From: Macrostomum lignano
Taxonomy: Eukaryota
Length of the DNA: 64,000 bases
Reading direction: 5' to 3'
NCBI GenBank assembly: GCA_002269645.1
Contig: NIVC01000036.1
Span: forward strand, 1-64,000
The position numbers and the translations under genes are program-made. The notes beneath the pieces are model-generated. The model was given only the letters and a program-made list of their open reading frames with translations. It made no database searches and was not told the origin of the DNA. Shown here piece by piece: positions 12,701 through 22,746 of this stretch (positions are counted from its first letter, which is position 1; every line of letters begins with the position of its first letter).

Positions 12701-14136
12701 CACCAGGCGATCGGGGCGCGCCGGCAGCCTCTCGGGATGGCCGCCTTGGCGGCGCTGGTGACGGCGGACGCGAACCGGTTGGCGGCGACGGGCACCGTGC
12801 GTGGGGGCGCTCCGGCCAGCTGGCCAGGGCCTGGTCGAGGGTCCGCTGGAACAGGTCCCAGTCCGCCTTGTGGTAGGCGTACCGCGTCAGGCGCTTGGAG
12901 CTGGAGCGGGCCGGGCCAGAGGCTGCGATGTCGATGATGATCGGCAGGTGGTCTGAGCCGATGTGCTCCCCGGTTCGCCACTCGATCCGGTCTTGCCAGG
13001 AGGCGTGGGCGAAGGAGACGTCAGGGGAGCTCGGCAGGCCGCGGGGGCTGATCCTAGTTGGGGAGCCGTCGTTCAGAGCGACCAGGTCGTAGGTCGTCGC
13101 CCAGTCTTCGAGGGCCCTGCCCAGCTCGTCGTCGTCCGCCGAGGCGTCCCACATCCCGTGGTGGGCGTTGAAGTCGCCCAGCACCAACGAGTCCCGTGAA
13201 ACGGGGATCCAGTCGGGCTCGAAGGCGTCCGTGCGGCCGTCTGCGGCGCGGACCGGCGGGAGGTAGATGTTGATCACATCCAGGGGACGTGGTAGCCGGG
13301 GGTCGTGGATACGGAGGCCCGAGGCTTCGGCGGACGTGGCGTGGGTGACGAGCTCGCCTAGTGGAAGGTCGGCGAATTGAATGCCCTCCTTGACAAGGAA
13401 GCAGACGCCCCCGTGGTGGGTTCTGGCTGCCTCCCCGTCGCGGCCGATGTTGCGGTCCTTCCGGCCAGCGATCTGCCACCCTTTGAGGCGTGGGGCCGCT
13501 GTGTTGCCGGACAGGTTCGTCTCCTGGATGCAGGCGACGTCGGCGCCCTGCTTCTCCAGGAAGTGGAGCAGTTCCAGCTTGCGGGAGCGGAGCCCTGCCG
13601 CGTTGAGCTGGACGATGCGGAAAGCCGCCCCGCTGTTGTTCGGCGCCCCGCCCGCGCTGGTTGCGCCATCAGGGGGGCGGGGGTGCCGGTGCGGGGTTCG
13701 GGGAGGTGGAGTCGTAGCCGTTGGCGTCTGGTGGGTGCCAGTGGGGCCTGCAGCCGCGGAGGGGGCCGGAGTCGCAGCGGGCTGCGGCGCTGAAGCGGCA
13801 GGCTGGTGGGCGCAGGTGGGACAGTGCCGCGGTGCCTTGTCCCGGTGGAGCCGGTTGATAGCCGCAATAGTGAGGCGGGAACAGCGGCGGTGCCACCACA
13901 GGCCGCAGTCGGAGCAGCAGGTGGAGTAGCCCCTGGCTACCTCCGCACGGGAAGGCCGGCCCAGGGTTGGACTCGACGTCTCCAGCTCTGAGAAGCAGCT
14001 GAGCCAGGTGAGCTGGGAGGCCTGGCTCAGCGTGGAAAAACCCGGGGCGCTCGAAGACCCTCGCACGGGTCCGGGGTGGTGGCTGCACTTGGCCGGGCGA
14101 ACCCGGACGGTCCCGCCGCGTGAAGGCGGCAGCCAT
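9774..14136 (-). pseudogene. Retroelement polyprotein with 4 frameshifts and 1 internal stop
   Basis: APE motifs: LNAAG, QET, GDFNAHH, SDHLP. RT motifs: PIPK, FRPISL, PQGS, YADD. RNase H motifs: WTDGS, TDSQS, WVPSH. Zn finger CPRC...H...C. Frameshifts near 13945, 12800, 11570 and 11420; TAG at 11281-11283. Confidence 0.9.
13957..13998 (-). other. 2A-like StopGo ribosome-skipping peptide LLLRAGDVESNPGP
   Basis: Exact D(V/I)ExNPG-P consensus, in frame with the ATG at 14136. The skip site is after residue 59. Confidence 0.88.
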
Positions 14137-14171
14137 GGGAAGCGCGCGAGCGCGCTCCGGGAGGCGGAACC
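14081..14171 (-). ncRNA. HDV/CPEB3-like self-cleaving ribozyme at the element 5' end
   Basis: Hand fold: P1 GGUUCC/GGGACC; hairpin in J1/2; P2 UGGCUGC-C/G-U-GCAGCCA; P3 GCC/GGC; L3 UUCACGC; GU; P4 CCGGG-UUCG-CCCGG; J4/2 CCAA. Confidence 0.72.
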
Positions 14172-14500
14172 TCCCGACCTCTCCCCTCTTGTCTCTCCTC
14201 TCCTCTCTCTACTCTCTACTCTCTCCTCTCCCCTGTTCTCTCTCCTCTCCCCTCTTCTCTCCACTCTCCCCCCTCTCTACTCTCCCCTCTTCTCTTTCCT
14301 CTCCTCTCTGGCCGGCAGTTTTGCGCTAGTTTCAATATCTCGCCCTTAGGTTAAAAAGTTCGCCGACCTGTGCTCTAACAATTTAACCTTCGCTAAAATA
14401 TAAAAATAGTAATAAAGAAATTAACTTTTTAAGATGAAAGAAAAAGCTAAGCTAGAAAATTTAACCAAACGCGGCACTTTGGTCTGGATTTATAGGACAA

Positions 14501-14506
14501 TTTATT
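14501..14506 (-). terminator. AATAAA polyadenylation signal of XRCC4-like gene
   Basis: TTTATT on the plus strand, 90 nt beyond the stop codon. Confidence 0.5.
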
Positions 14507-14595
14507 AATCATAATGATTAAAAGTACATGTGATACATTGATTGATTGATAAGTTTCTGTCTGATAAGCAGCATAGCAGATTGAACCGATAGAGT

Positions 14596-17500
14596 TCAGA
14601 ATTCTTCACTTCCGCTATCCTCTTCAGCGGCAGCTGATTTCGCACCGCTTCTGGTGCGACGAACTGTTGGCTTAGTTTTCTTTGATGTTGCCGCCTTTTT
14701 TGTTGTTGGCACTTTCCGTTTGATGTTGCCGCCGCGTTTGATGTCGCCGCCGCCTTCGCTATTAGCAGCATCGCCGTCTCCAACTTCGTCTGACTCAGAC
14801 CTGTCAACTGGATCCTTGTCAACCAATTGGCGAATGCGCTCTTTTTTAGAGTTGAGCACTCGGAGAATGCAGTCAGGAGGTTGTCGCGTATGGCGGCCTT
14901 CTCAGCGGCAGTTCCAGTGTACTTGGCCAGCAACTGTTCGTTGCGCTGGTGCAGATCAGCCAGCTCAGCTGATTGGCTGGCCAAAGCGGCCTGAGCTGCC
15001 GCCAGGTGGGACTCCAATGACCTGTCAGAATGAGCATTGTTGAGTTGGTCAAGGTAATAACTGTATCTATATATTTCCAGTAATAGATAGAACAGGTGTA
15101 CATCATCCAGTTAATATATGAGGGGTGCTGCACAAATTTTCAGACTGTTCACAGCAGACATCAGAATAGTTTAAAGAAGTTAAATTTTTACCTAGGGTCT
15201 ATGGCTTTTGTCTATGGCCCAAATGCATGCATGCAAAATTCAATTGCATTATCAATCACATTACATTTTAGGGGCTAAATTGGCATGGCAAAATGAATTA
15301 TAGAGCATATCTATATGTCTGAGTGTATACAAGAGTTAGTAGAATAGGCAGAAATGCTTCTTACCAGTTATGACAATGTTACTTAAAATTCACCATGGTA
15401 CACATAGTCAATGCCTCTAATAAAAAACTATAACTCTGGCACAGGAGTCTACTCTGCTTTATCTTTTGGATAAAACCAAAAGTTTTATCCAAATTATTTA
15501 GTTTTGCTTCATATTAGCAAAATTAAAGTTTTTAGATTATTCTTTAAATTTAGATTTTTTAATATATATGGACTTGAAACTATATTTTAAAGAACAGCTT
15601 ATATATAGGCAAAAAGAAAAAAAATGATTTAAAGGCATACTATGTCTAATACTAATATTAGTTTTATATATCTAATTAAATTTTCATTATAGAATTTAAA
15701 GTAAGGCTAAGATTGATTAATGAAAATAAAGAAAAAACACAAAATAACTTAAACAAAAATAAACTTTTAAATGCCAAATATAAAAATCAACAAAAAATTT
15801 AAAAACATGTACAATAAAAACTCTGTATAGAAATGTGGTAGGCCTTCTGCCTCTCTCTTTATAAGCTAATCTAAAAGCTGTCACTAAAGTATGTGGTAAA
15901 CTCTTTTTTAGAGGCAGGGGGTTGTGTGCACCCTATGTGTGCAGCCACATAGGCATACAATCAGTGAAAGGCATTACTACCCATTCCGCCAACTCCCCTG
16001 AGCAGGCATATAAGCACACGGATATGTATGCAGGCACACACTCACACAGGAGTGTACAGTGGCCCTAACTTTATTTTATCGTTAGGCATGTACACTTCAC
16101 TGCGCCTTGGGAGGTTGGCTCTCAAGGCCATTATCAATTGCACAAGCAGAGCCAAGCTAAGATTCCAATTTAGCCCCAAATTAGTTTGACTGCACTTGGA
16201 ATTGAGCCTGGGTTGCTAGCACACTAGAGCCTGCGCTAGACCGCTGGGCTACAGCCCGCTTTGTGGTAAACTCTACTGTTATGCCAACAAAGTTATACTA
16301 GGGCTTTCAATATATCAACCTATCTCTTAGAACTAATTTGTAACATTTTGTTTCAATATATTTATGGTAATATTCTATATATTGTCTTGTAATGTCTAAT
16401 GTATAGTAGGCCTATGGTAATATTAATATACTATATAGCCTGAGCAGTCTTTATTTATGTACTAGTTTCTAATCCAGGTATTACTGGGATCAGAGTATCA
16501 CAGCACTATCTTTAAATATTGCTTTTATTGACACTATTACTAATAATAAAATAGTGTTCCACCGTAGCCGTAGCTTGGCTACGGGATCCTACGGCAAATA
16601 TGGTAAAATAGGTACCTACGGCAGCTACAGATATGCCTACGGTAGCTAGCTGCCCTTATGGCTATGACTACAGAAATATGGTAGTTGCTGTCACATTCCG
16701 TAGATTCCCATAGCTATAGTTATTCATGTTAAAAATTGAAAAAAATATTAGAAACAGGTAGAGTAAAACAAATATACTTTTAATAAACTTTATTATCAAC
16801 CTAGAAACTTATAAAATATACCTAAAAAAGTACAATAAAACACTAGCAAACTCTAATTTTTATTTATGTGAAAAAGTTTAGCATTAGTACTTTCAATAAT
16901 AATTAAGTATTGTTGCTCTGAAAAAAGACAAAATATAATCTTACAAAGACAATTAAGTGCTTCTTTTATTTTCTAATTTAATTTGCAGTTGTTTAAGCAT
17001 AAGGTTATCTTCTTGATTCAAAATATTTTGTTTTTAGACTTTCTGTTAAAACTACAGCTACAGCTATGGGAACTACAGGAATATGGTAATTTTGGGGTCC
17101 AATACGGAGAATTGGAATGAGCCATAGTTTTGCTTATGGCTACGGCTACGGTACATGGACCCTCCTTATGGCCAAACACTATAATAAAACCAATAGGGCA
17201 ACTAGGCCACACTCCAGATCATGTAGTATATGCCCAAAAATTTGGGCGTACATTGGCCTTGTATGCCAAAATTAGGTGTGCACAGTTGGCGTGCATCACT
17301 CCTGAGAAAATAGAAAAACTACCTGGCATGCACTTTATATAGAATCACGCGTAAGAGTTATTGTGATGTGAAGTAGAAAAAAGATGAAAAAAGTTCATTT
17401 TAAGTGCAAATTTTAAGCTTTCCATTTTTTTAATCTTGTAAAAGAGCATTTAAACAAATATTTTCATGTATAAATTTTTCGCTATAAAAATATTGCCGAA

Positions 17501-18207
17501 AAGTATAAAAAGCAACCAAGCAACCAAATAATCTGGTAATAAGGGTCTATTATGCAGTTTAAAAAAGGTATTTTATTGTCACAACATAAAAAAGGTCATT
17601 TATTGTCGAAATACCAGTGCATATTTTTTTTACATTTTTTGCATAAATGCAGGTATACATTTTTTTGCCATGTATTTGTAATTATTCACTTTTTGTTCAG
17701 GCGTGCACCCAACATGGTCTGGACTATGTCACTATGGCAACTAGACGTAGGGCCTAATTTAAAAAAGAAAAATATTTTAATAAAATGTTCTAGAATTAAA
17801 AACATAGCAACAAAAAACAAGCAAATGTTGAATCAATATTTATACCTTAAAAATACTTACAAAGCAACATTAAAGATGGGCATAAAATCTTCTGATGTTA
17901 ATTTCTCATTATTGATTTCAATAATATCAAATTGAATGACTTTAATCACAATATCATCAACATTCTTGCAGATTGACACAGACTTGTTGGCACTATCAAT
18001 TCGTGCAAAGAAAAGTTGCTTATCTTGTTGAACATGTTTGAGAGTAGCAAAAAAGTCTATACCATCACTAAAAGCACTGGAAACCTTAAGAAGAGAAACA
18101 CAAGAACCTTCAATTTTCCAGCCATTGATAGAATTTTTGGAGGCGGACAGCAAAATAAAGCCTGGTTCGGAGTCCTCTAACTTTATTGCAACGATTGTAT
18201 TGTTCAT
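14596..18207 (-). CDS. XRCC4: XRCC4-like NHEJ factor; exons 18207-17861 and 15021-14596; one-base frameshift at 14861-14863
   Basis: About 115-aa N-terminal head, then a coiled coil EKAAIRDNLLTAFS(R)VLNSKKERIRQL (cf. XRCC4 [26 protein letters not shown]), then a disordered tail. Donor TT|GTAAGT and acceptor CAG|G are both phase 2. Confidence 0.75.
15918..16257 (-). mobile_element. tRNA-derived SINE family A, uninterrupted copy in XRCC4 intron
   Basis: Head GGGCTGTAGCCCAGCGGTCTAGCG...GGCTCAATTCC; colinear with 6620-7264. Confidence 0.8.
16552..17181. mobile_element. hAT-type MITE (630 bp)
   Basis: Termini TAGTGTT...AACACTA, subterminal inverted ACCGTAGCCGTAGC, and a perfect 8-bp TSD TAATAAAA (16544-16551, 17182-17189). 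Confidence 0.8.
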
Positions 18208-19241
18208 GATGAGTGAGACAAAAATAGATTTAATTTCTAATTCAATAAAAACATAGATGGGTAACCGCTAATTCCTAGGTAAATAAATTTCCAAAAAAAT
18301 ATAATTTAAACTCACAAGCAGACCTCTAGCCTAAAAAATATGATAGAAACTGTATACCAAACAGAAAAGAAGATTTTTTATAGCTGCTATTTATATGCTT
18401 TTGTTCATTACCAATTAATATTAGGGCATACCAGACAAATGTGATATGGTCGGTGTTTTTTGGAAAAAAAGTAATCTGTTTTAGATCGATAAGAACGATT
18501 AAGCGAAAAGTTTTTTTCTTTTTTTAAATACATATTGTGAATAAAATTAGTTGATTTCAAAAACTACACATCTTTTTGTAGCGAAATTTACTTAATTTTT
18601 TATTATTTGTTTAGTGCAACTAAAAAAATTAAACATTTTAATTCCACGAATTTTAAAACGAAATTATCAAGCCCAAGGTTTATAGCATTTTCTAACGGAA
18701 ACGGTTAATACCAGTAGAGCTTAGAACAAAAATATTGACCAATAATTCGACACTGTCAGATTTTTCTTTTTCAAAAAACGATTGTTAACTACCGTAGCAG
18801 TATATTGACGGAAGCATTAAAACTGAAACTTTTTTCTGCACTAGCGCACGCGGACGCCTTGCCCTTGCATTGCATAGGCCTACATAGGCGTATGTTATGG
18901 TCTCAACGGTTTATAGTATTCTAGGCCTAATATTTGTATTTTATAAGAGTTTTCCATTGATAAAGCCGAAAGTTTGGCTATCCTCACTCTATACATACAC
19001 ATTGCAGAATCGTTTGTTAAACTCACTGCACGCACATTTTTTAGCTAGGCCTATGGAATGGACATGAAACTTTCCAAAAAGTGAATATTTTCATTATGTC
19101 AACATTTTAGAAGCATTTATGTTGGAGGGGTCTTTGAACTATTCTTTGAATTATTCTACTGATGCCAACAAGTTGTTGCAGGTGATATTTCTGTCTGTTA
19201 AAATCCCACTGCTGTTACCAAGTTGTGGTAAATTTAGAATA

Positions 19242-19666
19242 GACAGTGCTTATCCCCACGGTACCATAGGAATAATTTTCTGCTTATCTGCACGGCACAC
19301 TAACAAGATAGCTGCCATTTCTTCTACATATATATGCTGTATGTGAATAGTTTATAGCTTTTTGAAAGGGAATTTGAATTGAGGATACTAAGAAGCTGTT
19401 GATCTGGATCAACACCACGACCAGCGTTTTTTTGCATTAAAAGGCCATTAAATCTTTACTTCTATTAAACAAATTGTCAAGCAAAGTTATGTTGTTATAT
19501 TGCACTTAAACCGTAAGTACTAAACTAAATTATTCCCACAGTATATATAGAAGATGGGCCAGCTATCTAGTCAGTATGCTATGCGGAAAAGCAGAAAATT
19601 ATTCCCACAGTACCATTGGAATAAGACAAAAATTATTCCTACGGTACCGTGGGGATAAGCACTGTG
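19242..19666. mobile_element. MITE with ~45-bp TIRs and 9-bp TSD (Mutator-type)
   Basis: ACAGTGCTTATCCCCACGGTACC is perfectly inverted at both ends. TSD TTTAGAATA at 19233-19241 and 19667-19675. Confidence 0.82.
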
Positions 19667-20241
19667 TTTAGAATATCTATCACTCTAGTATACTACTTCA
19701 ATCATTTATTATTTCTAGGAAAAACACTAAATCTAGAATCTTAGTCTAAAGACTCCTTGAAATTATGCAAATAGCCCTGGGAGCAGTGTCGAGTGGCAAA
19801 CACTGATCTAATTCATTAAATACTGTCTAATTTCTACTTCTAATTTCTAGTCATAGAGTGGCTACCCTGGGATGGAGTTGCCCAACTAAGCAACCATTTG
19901 TTTGCTTCTTTCTTACTGGCTTCTCATAGTTTATTCTTCTGGCTTCTTATAGCCTTTCTCCCTCCCAAGTAACCAGCTATGTTGGATTAATATTGGATAG
20001 ACATCGGCTATAGACGTTGGTCAACCATCAGATTTGTTGCGCCAGACAACGTTGTGTAAAGGTTGGTAGCCAATGTTGAATGCCGACATAAATCTAATGT
20101 CATTTAGACAATGAAATACTTATGATGTATAGTTTACGAGCATATTTCCATGGATTTTTGCTACGCTTTCCATCATGTTGCAATTACGCCCATTAATGGG
20201 CAAAAAAAGTGCAAGTAATAGCTTTTGCAGTTTTGTTTGGG

Positions 20242-20740
20242 AAATTATTTTTCCTTTAAATTTGAAAGTTCAAAACCAGAAAACAATAACAATGATAAAA
20301 ATTGATGTTTTAAACCATTCTAACGATTGTGGCAAAGACCATGGCAGCCATCAGGTTGCGCACATTTAGCTCTAGTTGCGGTAGAGCATTCACTGGCAAC
20401 ACTTCATTCGGTGGAATTATCCACGAGGGTACCAACCATGATACAATATGTTGCCAAAAAAGCAGATATTAGCAGCTTCTTAGCTAAAGGGAAACAGTTC
20501 AAGCCCCCCCCCATTTGAGCCCCTTTCAATTTTTTAAACTATTTTTTCCATAGACAAATTGCATTTCAAGTAGCATTCAAGTGTGGCACAGATTTAATGA
20601 AAAAAGTATATTAATAGAGTGCCCATTTGCTTTAAAGTTCCGTGACCAATGAGCTCTGGCACAGTCGCTAGAATGGTTTAAAACATTGTTATTATTGTTT
20701 TCTGGTTTCGAACTTTCAAATTTAAATGAAAAATAATTTT
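20242..20740. mobile_element. Degenerate fold-back/MITE remnant
   Basis: About 90-bp inverted arms (20242-20340 vs 20655-20740), e.g. TTTAAATTTGAAAGTTC.AAACCAGAAAACAATAA. No TSD seen. Confidence 0.6.
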
Positions 20741-21296
20741 GCGAATGAAACTGCATTATTGCCAAAGTGCATTATATTAAAATGACTAATGAATACATTT
20801 ACTTTGCACCTCAAATTTTTCATCCAAAATCGATAACATGCAATGGAAATATTTTCTAAGCTGTCCTTTGTTCAATATTTATTATTTATTATTAGAGCAA
20901 AAAACAGAAATTACATGGCAACTAATTAAGTAGAAAAAATGGAGCAAAGCCACAGGATACATAATAATTACATTGGAACATTTATAAGTAACAATAAAAT
21001 ATAAATTTGCATTATGCAGCATTACTTTTTTCTGAAGTCCCCTTTATTTGCTTGCTCTGTGAGCAAGACTTTGTATTTGGGTCTGGAAAGCATTAGAAAA
21101 AATAACTAAGCAAGAACTTAACTAATTTAATGATTATTAATTAATTTAAAAACTAATTTAAGCTAATTTAAGCTATGAACCTTTTTACCTAGATATGAAA
21201 ATAACAAAGCAGTTATAACTGATGCCTACCAATAGCATTTTTGCTACTAATTTTCACCTACTAATATCAGAATTTTAGGCTGAAATCTTGACTGTC

Positions 21297-21548
21297 TTAC
21301 TGCTTAGAATCTTTCCAGTGCCTGAGAATTTCCTTCACGTTAGCTTCAACTTCATTTTCGGTACAATTGCAGCTTAGTAAAACTGCACCCTTGACAAGTG
21401 ACCAAAGGGCGGTGTCCTTGAACGAACGTTTGCTGCAACCTTGTCTAACTTGTCTGGCGAATGAGAATAGACCCATCATGGCAGGAGATAAAATTTTATG
21501 TAGAAAGTTTAGTCTAGAAAAACCTAGCCACAGGCACATCACGCCAAC
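21297..21548 (-). CDS. Terminal exon resembling a DUF4806-type C-terminal domain
   Basis: The pattern ILSPAMMGLFSF...KRSFKDTALWSLVKGAV...TENEVEANVKEILRHWKD resembles that family from memory. It is preceded by the acceptor TTTTTTTAATTTTAG. Confidence 0.4.
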   Translation of the reverse strand, partial: VGVMCLWLGFSRLNFLHKILSPAMMGLFSFARQVRQGCSKRSFKDTALWSLVKGAVLLSCNCTENEVEANVKEILRHWKDSKQ

Positions 21549-22746
21549 CTAAAATTAAAAAAAATGCGCCAGACGCATGTCTTGGAAAATGTCACTTTTT
21601 CCATTAGGGGAAGCTACAAGATTATTAGATTAGCTATATTGCATAATTAAATTTAAATATAATAAATTAACTTGCTATCTCTCTGTTTTCCAAGGCCTAT
21701 GTCAATTAGAAAGCCCTAAACAACAAAAATAAACTTTTTTGACTATTCCTTTGAACTAATAGTATTAGTAATAATATTTTTTACTACTAAAATCTATATA
21801 AGTCACTTTAGATTTTAAATAAATGCACACTTTAGATAAATGCACAAAACAAAAAAGTACAAAATTAGTAGGCCTAACAAGGCTGATTGAGTTAAGTAAT
21901 ACCCATAGCTAAAAACACACTAGACTAAAGGGTTTTGGTTAAATAGTTTATCTAGTAGAACTTTTATACCAATTAAAGTTCATAGGCCTAGATATATGTG
22001 GGCAAGCTAGCTAGTATAGTAGGCTTATACTTTATAGGCCATATATGGAAAACAAGTAAATGATAATTATTTCTAATAAGGCTATTTTTTAGACAAATGA
22101 AAACATGAAAAAAATAGATTCAGCTATATTTAGCACCAATAAGTAATATTGGTGCTATTGGAAAATTGGACAGAATAGTAGTCACGTGACAGCCAATAGC
22201 GACTTACATGTGTGTGTTGCCATTAGAAATGGCTGGGTGATTCCCAAGGTTGCACATGCATGATTTTAACAAAATAATTCTTTCCGTTAAAACAAGCATC
22301 TTATTTAAACAAAACTAAAATAATTCGTAGCTAAGCATTTTGGTGTAAATTTGAAATAGTATAAGCACAAACATTAAAATAGTGGGCCTGCCTCAACTGG
22401 CTTCCCTGTACTCATATTTAGGAATAAGTGCATTATGAGTGAGTAAATATGAGACAAAGATAGAATAAAAATGCAGAGTGCAAAAGTGCAAGAAAATTAC
22501 TATATGGCGGAGCACAAGCACAGATGAATTGTGGTAATATTATAAGTAGTGTGAATAGTAGCAAATAGTGATGTGAATAGTGTGAATAGTGAATGAGTAA
22601 GTGATAGTAGCAAATATAAACCACATTATGAAATTGTAATTTACTGCAAATTGAAATTTAGCTAGTCAAGTTTAAAACTAGTACAATAATAGCTACCTGC
22701 AAAACACTAATACAAGGAAAAATGTAATTCATGTCCGCTTATTTGC

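Larger units (their letters stand above)
9760..14178 (-). mobile_element. Full-length Ingi-like (I-group) non-LTR retrotransposon, 4.4 kb
   Basis: 14-bp TSD CTCTCCCCTCTTGT at 9746-9759 and 14179-14192. The (CAA)n tail begins at the stop codon. Single ORF architecture: 2A-PHD-APE-RT-RNaseH-CCHC. Confidence 0.92.

Noticed and set aside
9788-14349. Many plus-strand and alternate-frame ORFs over retroelement 1 (also over elements 2 and 3)
   Set aside because: Shadow ORFs of very GC-rich coding DNA, with no motifs.
19660-19666. CACAGTG (RSS heptamer) at the MITE end, suggesting a RAG/Transib relative
   Set aside because: No nonamer at 12 or 23 bp, the other end reads GACAGTG, and the TSD is 9 bp rather than 5 bp.
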